A stretch of DNA of 64,000 nt from Candidatus Poribacteria bacterium (lineage in GTDB: Bacteria; Poribacteria; WGA-4E; WGA-3G): assembly GCA_963663765.2 (NCBI GenBank), contig CAXXUA010000005.1, positions 800,001 through 864,000 of the forward strand, in the 5' to 3' direction. Position 1 is the first letter of the stretch, and each line of letters opens with the position of its first letter. Below are positions 20,063 through 29,001 of the stretch, in pieces. Both the position numbers and the translations under genes were made by a program. A model generated the notes under the pieces. That model saw nothing but the letters and a program-made list of their open reading frames with translations, had not been told where the DNA came from and searched no databases.

Positions 20063-20704
20063 TTAACCGTTATCTGTTTTAGAGTAGGGTTGTGCTCCGA
20101 GTTGTAACAGTGGTTTGTTGTATGATGAATCAAAGGTGTAGACTGGTTTATTCCATTTCAAGAGTGTTTGTGCAAAATCTAAGGTCTTACTACCTTCTGC
20201 GGCATGCGCGATTAAAATTTTACTTGCCAATGCTGCGACAAAGTGATTGCGTTTACCCGCCATTGCGCTATTCTGCTGAGGTTCCTTATGGAATATGGAT
20301 AAGATCAGGAGTCTATCTTGAGATAACGGTTCTTTCCATTCTGGTTTAATTCGCATACTCTCAATACTCCGCGCTGGACTTATAATAATCGGTTGTGAAC
20401 CGCGTAGCAGCACACGCAAGCATTCCCTTTCAATAGGTGAATGAAACCCGCCAACTGTTGAAACCCCTTTATTTTTTAAATCGTGTGCTAAATCGTGTGC
20501 TTTTAAAATGATCTCACCGGGACATTTGTTAGAGCAGAATATTGCCCATACATCTTCTTTTTTAGCGTTGTTTGTTCTGTTAGGTAGTAAATCTATATTT
20601 CCACGCGCCCAAATCGTTTCTGGTGTATCATTCTTCAAGTATACCTGTATAGATGATGGAAAGTTCTTGTCTGTTTGGGTAATGCGTTGAATTGGTTGTG
20701 TCAC
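20063..20704 (-). CDS. DprA/Smf-like (SLOG-fold) single-domain protein
   Basis: AIFCSNKCPG, GGFHSPIERECL, RNHFVAALA. Confidence 0.75.
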   Translation of the reverse strand: MTQPIQRITQTDKNFPSSIQVYLKNDTPETIWARGNIDLLPNRTNNAKKEDVWAIFCSNKCPGEIILKAHDLAHDLKNKGVSTVGGFHSPIERECLRVLLRGSQPIIISPARSIESMRIKPEWKEPLSQDRLLILSIFHKEPQQNSAMAGKRNHFVAALASKILIAHAAEGSKTLDFAQTLLKWNKPVYTFDSSYNKPLLQLGAQPYSKTDNG

Positions 20705-20758
20705 TTTTGAATGCTGATGATATATCTGTTGAATTTTAATGATGTGTTAATCGTTTAC

Positions 20759-20890
20759 CTAATCGTTTAATTCTCGGATGTATTTAGTTCCTCTACCTTT
20801 TCCCACCACGGTCAATAAACCCTTATCTGTCAAATCCCTTAATTCCACATAAGCATAACGAAATGAAATCTTGTTAATTTCTACATATTC
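20759..20890 (-). pseudogene. 3' remnant of a winged-HTH gene
   Basis: ELRDLTDKGLLTVVGKGRGTKY; a paralogous remnant lies at about 33133-33245. Confidence 0.6.
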
Positions 20891-20927
20891 CTTGCAAAAG
20901 TAGTGAATTTGGTTGACATGGTCTCTT

Positions 20928-21387
20928 TTATGGACTAACAATACGTCCCTGTTTGAGTGTTTCTATCTCATTTAGCAAGTTCTCTATCTGGTTCTGTTGG
21001 GATTCTATTTTCTCGTCTTGGGAATCTTATGTCTTTTTGTTGCATCGCGACGATGATTTGTGGTACTCCAACGACTACTGCTATGAAAGCGACTAAAGTT
21101 ATTACCAAAGCAAAGATTTGGTTTAAACGTTTATCCATTTCCACAATTGTAATATTCACCGGACGAATCTCACTTGCAATCTCTTGAGAAATATGTTCTT
21201 TCATTCGCTTCTCAGTGGTATCTACATATTCTTTCATACGCTTTTCAGATGTTTCAATTTCCTCTTTCACAACTAACCGGATCTTATTCAGGTCCGCATC
21301 TGTTAATTGACAGTAAGCGGTTGTGGTAAAGAGCATAAGTCCACTGATCAAAGTCATCATTAATTTCAATTGTGTCTCCTTCAACAT
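20928..21387 (-). CDS. Secreted or membrane coiled-coil hypothetical protein, probable frameshift near 21023
   Basis: Signal peptide, repeated EKRMKE, TM helix; the shifted frame continues as SQDEKIESQQNQIENLLNEIETLKQGRIVSP. Confidence 0.6.
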
Positions 21388-21401
21388 GGTACTCGTTTAC
21401 T

Positions 21402-21605
21402 TTATTCTTCCCAAAAGTTTTCTACAGGAAACGGTTTGCTGCGTCCTTTTTATATCAACTTAACCCGAATTGTACCCGATCGGCGCGGCGGTGGCATGGT
21501 TATGGCAACATCCCAGTTAAGGATGTCTTCCTCATTGTCCGATGGAAAGGCGCGGCGTTGCGTCTGTTTGTCGTTAGTCGTGTTTGTGCGTTGTGGTGTT
21601 TTCAA
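21402..21605 (-). pseudogene. Copy 1 of a conserved 67-codon ORF, with internal TAA
   Basis: Same length as and highly similar to 22673-22876. Confidence 0.75.
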
Positions 21606-21632
21606 GATATTTTGTTCTCCTTTTACATAACA

Positions 21633-21661
21633 ATTTTAACAGGAGCCTAGTGCTTAGTCAA
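21633..21661 (-). promoter_or_regulatory. Hybrid sigma70 promoter with MITE-supplied -35
   Basis: TTGACT-17 bp-TAAAAT. Confidence 0.55.
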
Positions 21662-21780
21662 CATATTTTCGTAGGTCATGAATCGGAGATTGCTCCTACA
21701 GAAATCTTGGTATTGTAGGAGGGAACTCCGATTCCCGACTTCTTTTTAGCCCCATCAATAAACACTTGACTAAGCACTAG
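21647..21780. mobile_element. MITE family E with internal REP pair
   Basis: CTAGTGCTTAGTCAA / TTGACTAAGCACTAG (the CTAG may be the TSD); internal GTAGGAGGGAACTCCGATTC pair. Confidence 0.82.
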
Positions 21781-21853
21781 ATTAGAATCGTTCACTTTTC
21801 CGACAGATCAACTTCCTATTCTTCCAAATTACAAGAACGTGAAAAACGATTAT

Positions 21854-22156
21854 CTAATCAAAGTCGTGATTGTGAGTTCGTTGAATATTACCATTTTTAT
21901 GGCAGACAACAAACTCAGTTTTCTGATTTCGACTCACCTGCCGTCCATACGCCACAGCACCCTTTTTGGTATCAAAGTGTTTCAATGCTCTCAAAGCGTT
22001 GCCGCGTACTACATCCCAACCTCCATCAGGATTGGAAACGACGTAATGTTCTTTCTCAGTACGACTGTAAACAACAGCCTCTACTGAACGCCGAACTTCA
22101 ACTCTTGAGAGTTTCCCGCGTTTCGGAGTGCTTTTGACAATTCTTTTTCTTCCCAT
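21854..22156 (-). CDS. DUF2188-domain protein
   Basis: HYVVSNPDGGWDV...HFDTKKGAVAYGR...HKNGNIQ; ATG after AGAGAGGTG. Confidence 0.8.
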   Translation of the reverse strand: MGRKRIVKSTPKRGKLSRVEVRRSVEAVVYSRTEKEHYVVSNPDGGWDVVRGNALRALKHFDTKKGAVAYGRQVSRNQKTEFVVCHKNGNIQRTHNHDFD

Positions 22157-22261
22157 TGTAATCACCTCTCTTAGTCGTAATTCAAGAACTTAATCACTCG
22201 TAATCTTTAACCATTCCTCAATCACCAAAGTATAATCATTAAAAACCATCTCTTCAACTAT

Positions 22262-22637
22262 CAATACCTTCGCCAATAAATTACATTCTGTCAGATTGTG
22301 CGGGCAGTTGTAGCACATTCTTCCAGATTGTGTGGTCCGTTGTAGCACATTCTTCCAGATTGTGTGGTCCGTTGTAGCACATTCTTCCAGATTGTGTGGT
22401 CCGTTGTAGCACATTCTTCCAGATTGTGCGGTCAGTTGTAGCACATTCTTCCAGATTGTGCATATAAATTATTCTGTCAGATTCTATCGTCAAATTAGAC
22501 GCTATGATAAATAAAAATACTTCAACGAAAACCTGAAGTTATTTTTATTTATGTAATCCTAACAATATCACAGAGCAATGGTAGATCAACACTATATACT
22601 CATTCAACTGAAGCACTCAAAAATGGCGAAGGTATTG
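22262..22637. mobile_element. MITE family A, copy 2 (uninterrupted), with a 32-bp array at 22283-22461
   Basis: TIR CAATACCTTCGCCA / TGGCGAAGGTATTG. Confidence 0.88.
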
Positions 22638-22672
22638 ATTATAGTGAGGTGATTTCATGAATTGTCAATTGC

Positions 22673-22876
22673 CTATTCTTCCCAAGGATTTTCTACCGGA
22701 ATTGGTTTGCTGCGTCCTTTATATATCAACTTAACCCGGATTGTCCCCGATCGGCGCGGCGGTGGCATGGTTATAGCAGCATCCCAGTCAAGGATGTCTT
22801 CCTCATTGTAAGTTGGAAAAGCGAGACGTTGCGTCTGTTTGTCATTAGATGTGTTTGTGTGTTTTGGTGTTTTCAT
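22673..22876 (-). CDS. Conserved 67-aa hypothetical protein, intact copy
   Basis: AAAGGAG RBS and TTGCCA-17-TAAAAT upstream; three copies in the window. Confidence 0.65.
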   Translation of the reverse strand: MKTPKHTNTSNDKQTQRLAFPTYNEEDILDWDAAITMPPPRRSGTIRVKLIYKGRSKPIPVENPWEE

Positions 22877-22944
22877 GAGATGTATAGTTGCTCCTTTGCG
22901 AACAATTTTAACAGAAACTGATGATAATGGCAAATGATTTACTC

Positions 22945-24498
22945 TCATTCTGTATCTTTTTGAAAATGCCTACGTATAAACTCTGTTACCTCAATACCTA
23001 ATAATTTCTTTTTGCCTCCTTCAGTTTTGACGTGAAGTTCCCCCTTACCTGTATAAAAAATGTCCCTTCTTTGCGGAGGTGAGACTAAAAGTTCAACAAC
23101 CCATAAATCTTCTATAGTTTCTCCTGGCAAGTCATAGACATTATGAAATTCAAGGTGCCAGTCATCAACGCTAATTGGGGGACGTATTGCCCCAAGTTTT
23201 TCAGAGACTATACGACGAACTTCATCTCTCTGTTCTTCGTCAAGCTTTACACCTACTGTGATTCTATCGTTATTCCTTACACCCCAGAAAATTCGTCCAC
23301 CTTCGCGATTAAGAAAGGCAACAGCGTATATATCAGAAGTATCCGTGATGGAGCGAGAGGCATTTCCACCCACGATTTCCTTAAACTCGTAGAAGCGTGT
23401 TTCCTCAAAAGGGAGAGGTTGATCCAAAACAAAACGAATATGTGTCGGTTCAGTAAGGTTGTCAGCGTCTGTGGCACGCGCTAAGTATTCTTCAGCTAAC
23501 TGTTTGTTTGCACGTAATTCGGGAATTTCATCTTCCACATCGAGGACAATACCTTCTTCAAAACAATCAATCGCTTTTTGAAATTGTTCTGATCTGAGAA
23601 AAGCCAAGCCTTTATTATTCAATACGATTGCTTTACTAATCGGATCTATTACTGCGCTTAATGCTTTATCAAACATTTCATGTGCAAATTGAAACTCCCC
23701 AAGATGCATCAATGCTATTCCATCTTGCGAGAAAACCATTGGATTAACAGCCGAAGTCAATTCTCCAGCACGTAAATCCTCTGCTGCTTTAAATAAGGAA
23801 TAGTTTCCCCCTCCAATTGCCTCAACGTACTTTTCTTGCGCAGTTGCTAACCTCACTTGCGTACGAACTAGTGCTACCCGAACTCCGAGTTTAGCGTAGA
23901 GAAAACAGTAAGAAAGAACTTTCATATCGGCAATAAGGTTTTCTAATAATGGTGTTATGAACTGTGAATTAAGGATTTGAGTTAACCATTCTCGTGTTTC
24001 ATCCGAGGAATCCAACTGATCTGAACTTGACATCATTTGACGAAATATCTCCGTGTCACTATACAAAGCGAAAAGCAAAGCTGAAGGTGATGCAAGTAAT
24101 ATTCTCCCAATTGGCAGTTTATCTTCATCAGTTTGATATGCAGAATCAAGATAAAAGCGACTAAGCACATAATCAATTAATTCAAAGTCAATTCTTGCAA
24201 AGTAATACTCTGAAGTAATAAACTGTTCAATCTGTTCTTTATGCTCTTCCTTATTTGATAGAAATTCTTTAACCAATTGTGCAAAAGTTTCAATATCTTT
24301 TCTGATAACATACTGGTCTACTTGATCTTGATTTACTTTTTCACAGATATTGTCTGAGACAAGCGTTGTAAGTTGTTCCTCTAAATCTTCCAACGATTCG
24401 CCAATCTTATTACAAATTGCATCAGAATCTTTAGGATCGCTATCAAGTAGACTCAATACAATCTTTTTACGAATTAAATCGTCCATAACCTCTTCCAT
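22945..24498 (-). CDS. TPR-containing protein with C-terminal Schlafen/AlbA_2 domain
   Basis: TPR-like VLNNKGLAFLRSEQFQKAIDCFEEG; EETRFYEFKE and AVAFLNREGGRIFWGV. Confidence 0.82.
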   Translation of the reverse strand: MEEVMDDLIRKKIVLSLLDSDPKDSDAICNKIGESLEDLEEQLTTLVSDNICEKVNQDQVDQYVIRKDIETFAQLVKEFLSNKEEHKEQIEQFITSEYYFARIDFELIDYVLSRFYLDSAYQTDEDKLPIGRILLASPSALLFALYSDTEIFRQMMSSSDQLDSSDETREWLTQILNSQFITPLLENLIADMKVLSYCFLYAKLGVRVALVRTQVRLATAQEKYVEAIGGGNYSLFKAAEDLRAGELTSAVNPMVFSQDGIALMHLGEFQFAHEMFDKALSAVIDPISKAIVLNNKGLAFLRSEQFQKAIDCFEEGIVLDVEDEIPELRANKQLAEEYLARATDADNLTEPTHIRFVLDQPLPFEETRFYEFKEIVGGNASRSITDTSDIYAVAFLNREGGRIFWGVRNNDRITVGVKLDEEQRDEVRRIVSEKLGAIRPPISVDDWHLEFHNVYDLPGETIEDLWVVELLVSPPQRRDIFYTGKGELHVKTEGGKKKLLGIEVTEFIRRHFQKDTE

Positions 24499-24520
24499 GT
24501 TTGAGTAATTGCTCTAGACT

Positions 24521-27500
24521 TCAACCGGATGTAAAATATTTTAAACCCATACGATATTTGAAATCGTAGTTGATGATAAAATCCAATTCTTCCTCTGTGA
24601 AGCAGTAATGTTGAGCTAACTCACGGTCTATATCATCAATAATGTGTTTGGACAGTGCGGGATAAAAGGAATCAAACTGTGTCAAAACACCTCTGACAAC
24701 TCGTTTATATATTTTGGAATTCTTCCTAAGGTCCGTCATTAAGGAATCTGAAAGTTGACGAAAAGTTTCAATTGATTCATGTGAGAATCCAGACAGATCA
24801 ACCCTTGAACGATCAATGTCAGTAAATGTTAAATCTCTACAATTAGTAAAATGCCAATTCCACCAATAAAACAAATTGCTATTAAGAAAACATAAAACAA
24901 CTTTGGATATATCCTTATCAAAATACAAAGATTTAATGTGTGATGATTTTTTTGGTCTTTCATTACCAACTTGGTAGAATGGAATGAAATCAAGAACCTT
25001 TCCCCAGTGGACTGGCGCATTATGATAATATATCGCTGAATCCTCGATTCCTCTTTTGTGTCGCCACTTTCCTAAAGTTGGTTTTTCAAAAACTTTCTTC
25101 AGAACTGATTCTTCTAAAGAACTAGACAGCTTTGAATTTGCTGGTAAATAGACTAAATCCTCAATAGAATGGCTTTGGAGAATTGCATTAAAAAGGAATT
25201 CTCTTTCTGAATTGAACCACTTGAGAAATCGAGTTGTTGAAATAACTTTTGAACATGAACGACGATTAACAAATATCATCAGACGATACCTAACACCAGT
25301 AAACAATGATGCTGGTTGATCTGATGCTGAAAAATAACTCAAATGGTTTTCTGAATAAGATTTCAAAAGTAAGGTTCTAAGACTGCACATTTTTTCTGTA
25401 GAATATCCGTTCAATGGTATAATCATAGAAAAACTTCCAGACTTATTGTTGAGAAAAGATGACCTCTCACAGCACAATGCAAACAAGTCCCTACACTCAA
25501 TGGTATTATAATTGACAGGGGAGTAGTTGATTTTGTTTATTGACCTATAAGGCGGATTACCGATAATCACATCAAAACCACCATCTTGAAGGATACCGTA
25601 AAACGCAATAAACCAGTGAAAAGGATTGTGTGATTTTTTCCATTCTTGATATTTTGATTGATCGTTTTTGTCTATTGCGTATACAAAAGCAAGGTATTCA
25701 TTGAGTTCGTCCTCTAATTCCATTAGTCTACCCTGCAAATTCTGTTTGTCTTCAGGTGTTACAACACCACCATGGGTTGTCTGCTGATCGCGAAATTCGT
25801 CATATAGCTTTTTTATGTCCTTCGCTTTATCTTCAATCCGTTGCATTGTGTCGTCAAAGTGAGAGTCAAGTCTTTCCGTCACTGCTTTTTCTACTTCTTC
25901 ATAAGTTGCGAAACCGACGAGGGTATTACCTGCTTGAATGTTAAAGTCAATATCTGGTAGCGGTTCAATATCCTTGACATTGTCAATCTGTGCGACCATT
26001 TTGAGGAAGAGTCTAAGTTTGCAAATTTCAATTGCCTCGTCCATGATGTCTACGCCGTATAGGTTATGGATGATGATAGATTTCAGGACAAAGTACTTGT
26101 GGTTGGGATGTTGGTTTATTTTTTTAAGAACTTCGTGGAAATCACTGTATTTTTTGGGATGCGGTTTTTCATCAGATAGTTTTAACTCATCAACGAAAAC
26201 CTGCATGCGATTGAGGCATGCCTCATAAAGCGGTTCAAGTATGTTGAGAGCGGCGAATAGGAACGCCCCGGAGCCACAGGTTGGGTCAAGTACTGTTACT
26301 TTTGTGATGGCTTTCCAAAAGGCACGGAGTAGTTCCGGTCCCTCACAGTTTTCTATGACATCCTGTGCAAATTGACGGATGTTGAGATTATAGGTAATCA
26401 GGTCGTTGATGTTTTTAATCTCTCCGTTTGCAAGTTTGGAGCGGACGGTTTCATAACGTTGCCTACGTGCGACAACCTCTCGCCAAATTTCTGTCGGCAG
26501 TGCGATCTCATCAACGCCATCAGGGGCACGTTCATTCCACTTTGTACGTTCAGACACTTTATCAATGCCGATAGCGATATCCTCTGGTAAATCTAAATCA
26601 GTGCCTTTTTTGACTGCATCGTATATATACTTATCAGGGTTTTCTTGTAGAAGTTTCCAAACGAAAGTGTTCCCATCAAAAGCAATTTTACACTTCTCGC
26701 GTGCTTTATCAAAGAGGAATGGAATGATGGTGTTTTTGCTGATGTATTCTGTGATGTCCTCTTTGGTGTAGTATGCCCCCATCTGTTTCTGGTTGATGTA
26801 TTTTTCGAAGATGTAGCCAAGCACATCGGGGTTAATTTCGTTATCGTTTCGCAGTGGACGGTCATCAAGGTGCCAGTCGTATTGCTCAAAAAAGTTAAAA
26901 ATCTGTTCAAATGCAGTATCAGGGATTTCAATGTTTTCACCGTGAAGTGTCTCAAGTTGGTGTTTTTGGAATATGCCGCCGTTGAGGTAAGGGATTTTTC
27001 CGAGCAGTCTACTCATTTCAGGAGTGCGTTCGTCTTCTGGTTTGGCAAATCCTTCAAAGAAAAGTGGACACAGGAATTCTTTGTAATAAAGATCCGTACC
27101 TTTTTCTTGTGTTTCTCTTAGCTTCGTTTGCAGATAGTTTATATCACTATTCAGAAAACCTTTCTTTTGTATGAAGTAGATAAACATGAGGCGGTTGAGC
27201 ATCACAGAGACATACCACTTTTGCATCTCTTCATCGGGAATCCCGCTGAGGAATTCGAGAAATGCATCGTGTTCCTTCTTGAAACGGTCATAAAACTTTT
27301 TGGTGACCTTTTCAACGTCAAAACTTGCATGAACACGTCCAGTTACATCAAAAAGCGTTAGTCCCTCTTCTTCTTCAAGGGGAATGACAATGTTTTGCAG
27401 TTTTTGTATGAGCGATTCTCCGGATTGCCAATTTTCGTACCGGTGTTCACGACATGCGTCCGGTTTGCCTTGTTCCTTTTTTACCCACTGCCATATTTGT

Positions 27501-27796
27501 ATAGATTTATCGGTGTTTGCATATATGATTAAGTTCTCGTAAGAAGTTTTTGCGACCTGTTTTTGTATCTTGCGGCGGGTGGCATAATCTGGAATGTTTT
27601 CCTGAGATATAGGTTGTGGACATTCGTAGACTGCCATACCGCGTTTCTGTGCAATTGCGGTAAGTATGTATTCGGTTTCATCTACTACTATTGGCAGGGT
27701 TTGCGTATGATTCTCCCAACCGAGAGTTTGCGTAAAGAGATCTTCAAATTCGGATTCCCTAAGGTATTGGCGTGTTTCGTTGAGGTTAATTTGCAT
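24521..27796 (-). CDS. Large Eco57I/type IIG-like N6-adenine DNA methyltransferase
   Basis: PYLNGGIF, GAYYT, VLDPTCGSGAFL, GVDI, FDVIIGNPPY. Confidence 0.92.
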   Translation of the reverse strand: MQINLNETRQYLRESEFEDLFTQTLGWENHTQTLPIVVDETEYILTAIAQKRGMAVYECPQPISQENIPDYATRRKIQKQVAKTSYENLIIYANTDKSIQIWQWVKKEQGKPDACREHRYENWQSGESLIQKLQNIVIPLEEEEGLTLFDVTGRVHASFDVEKVTKKFYDRFKKEHDAFLEFLSGIPDEEMQKWYVSVMLNRLMFIYFIQKKGFLNSDINYLQTKLRETQEKGTDLYYKEFLCPLFFEGFAKPEDERTPEMSRLLGKIPYLNGGIFQKHQLETLHGENIEIPDTAFEQIFNFFEQYDWHLDDRPLRNDNEINPDVLGYIFEKYINQKQMGAYYTKEDITEYISKNTIIPFLFDKAREKCKIAFDGNTFVWKLLQENPDKYIYDAVKKGTDLDLPEDIAIGIDKVSERTKWNERAPDGVDEIALPTEIWREVVARRQRYETVRSKLANGEIKNINDLITYNLNIRQFAQDVIENCEGPELLRAFWKAITKVTVLDPTCGSGAFLFAALNILEPLYEACLNRMQVFVDELKLSDEKPHPKKYSDFHEVLKKINQHPNHKYFVLKSIIIHNLYGVDIMDEAIEICKLRLFLKMVAQIDNVKDIEPLPDIDFNIQAGNTLVGFATYEEVEKAVTERLDSHFDDTMQRIEDKAKDIKKLYDEFRDQQTTHGGVVTPEDKQNLQGRLMELEDELNEYLAFVYAIDKNDQSKYQEWKKSHNPFHWFIAFYGILQDGGFDVIIGNPPYRSINKINYSPVNYNTIECRDLFALCCERSSFLNNKSGSFSMIIPLNGYSTEKMCSLRTLLLKSYSENHLSYFSASDQPASLFTGVRYRLMIFVNRRSCSKVISTTRFLKWFNSEREFLFNAILQSHSIEDLVYLPANSKLSSSLEESVLKKVFEKPTLGKWRHKRGIEDSAIYYHNAPVHWGKVLDFIPFYQVGNERPKKSSHIKSLYFDKDISKVVLCFLNSNLFYWWNWHFTNCRDLTFTDIDRSRVDLSGFSHESIETFRQLSDSLMTDLRKNSKIYKRVVRGVLTQFDSFYPALSKHIIDDIDRELAQHYCFTEEELDFIINYDFKYRMGLKYFTSG

Positions 27797-27825
27797 AGGT
27801 TTAAAATGGGATTAGGGCAGTATAG

Positions 27826-28107
27826 TTAATAAATATCACCACGATTGTCAATTTGTATAATACGGATTGTTCTATTCTCTCTATCGACTCGGTAAATGAA
27901 ACGAATGTCCCCTATCCGATAGCGATAACTTTCTCTCTTTGCTCCACGTAATCGTTTAATTATCGTTGAATTTTCGTGTTGAAATGGGGATCTGACGATG
28001 TATTCAAAAGCACCATTAATTCGTTCCTGCGTCACCCGGTCTCGTTTTCTGATAAAATTCACGACTTTTCCTGGAAGGGATTCAAGTCTATATGACTGTT
28101 GATTCAC
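27826..28107 (-). CDS. relE: RelE/ParE-family toxin
   Basis: IKRLRG, YRYRIGDIRFIYRV, RGDIY C-terminus. Confidence 0.88.
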   Translation of the reverse strand: MNQQSYRLESLPGKVVNFIRKRDRVTQERINGAFEYIVRSPFQHENSTIIKRLRGAKRESYRYRIGDIRFIYRVDRENRTIRIIQIDNRGDIY

Positions 28108-28433
28108 AGACCGATCTCCTCCTTAATCTGTGCCCATGGTATTCCACCGCCAGCATCCAATTCCTGTTCTGCCTGTGCCATATCAGCCAAGACGTTCGGT
28201 TCTGAGTTGATTAAAGCGGTTTCACGCCATTCGGAGAGAAAAATAGAGAGTGTATCTGCGTTTTTTTTGCCTTCCGAGATTTGTGTTAGCATCTTAAATA
28301 ATTCAGCAAAAAATTCAACAAGTTCTTCTGAATCTAACCATTTTATCCAATCAAAGGTTTTTAATAGTGTAACAGATTTGACAGATAATTCATCGTTTAT
28401 GAGGTGTCCAACGACAAGTTTTGATTTTTTCAT
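28104..28433 (-). CDS. Putative antitoxin
   Basis: 4-bp overlap with the toxin gene; EWRETA and GIPWAQIKEEIGL. Confidence 0.75.
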   Translation of the reverse strand: MKKSKLVVGHLINDELSVKSVTLLKTFDWIKWLDSEELVEFFAELFKMLTQISEGKKNADTLSIFLSEWRETALINSEPNVLADMAQAEQELDAGGGIPWAQIKEEIGL

Positions 28434-28468
28434 CTGATACCTCCAAAGATAAAGTTATGTTAATATCT

Positions 28469-28497
28469 ATTATACAGGTTTTTGCTTTGAGATTCAA
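28469..28497 (-). promoter_or_regulatory. Sigma70 promoter of the TA operon
   Basis: TTGAAT-17 bp-TATAAT, with GGAGG RBS downstream. Confidence 0.6.
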
Positions 28498-28506
28498 CAC
28501 TTGTAT

Positions 28507-28845
28507 TAGGGTTATTCAGTTTTAGGTATTTTTGATAAGTATTTACTATAACGTTAATATTATATGTTGCCATCTTGTCCAGTTCTTTAGTCCCGTAGGG
28601 ACGATATGTTTATAGATAAATGTTATCTACCCCTCTTGAGTTCCGTAGGAACGGCATAGAAGAATAAACATATCGTCCCTACCAAATCAACGCCAAATGC
28701 GCGTGTGGCATTTGGCAGGACTAAAGACCGATGTTCATGTTTCAATTTTCTAAAATTGATGTGTAAGGTGCAGTTAGGACCTCATTTGGGTATTAACTTT
28801 CAGTAAATCTCAATAACAGAAAACTTTTAAAACTGAATAACCCTG
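28507..28845. mobile_element. MITE family B
   Basis: Family B TIRs; TSD CACTTGTAT / TACTTGTAT. Confidence 0.9.
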
Positions 28846-28864
28846 TACTTGTATAGATTACTTC

Positions 28865-28985
28865 CAGGGTTATTCAGTTTTCCTAAGTTTCAGATATATT
28901 TAAAAAGACAGCCCCCGGTAGGAGCGACCTCCCGGTCGCGATTTTCTCACAAAATGTGAAAAATGGTTAAAACTGAATAACCCTG
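28865..28985. mobile_element. Short MITE with family B termini and a different internal REP
   Basis: TIR CAGGGTTATTCAGTTTT / AAAACTGAATAACCCTG; perfect 9-bp TSD GATTACTTC; internal GTAGGAGCGACCTCCCGGTCGCG. Confidence 0.92.
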
Positions 28986-29001
28986 GATTACTTCTAAAAG
29001 T

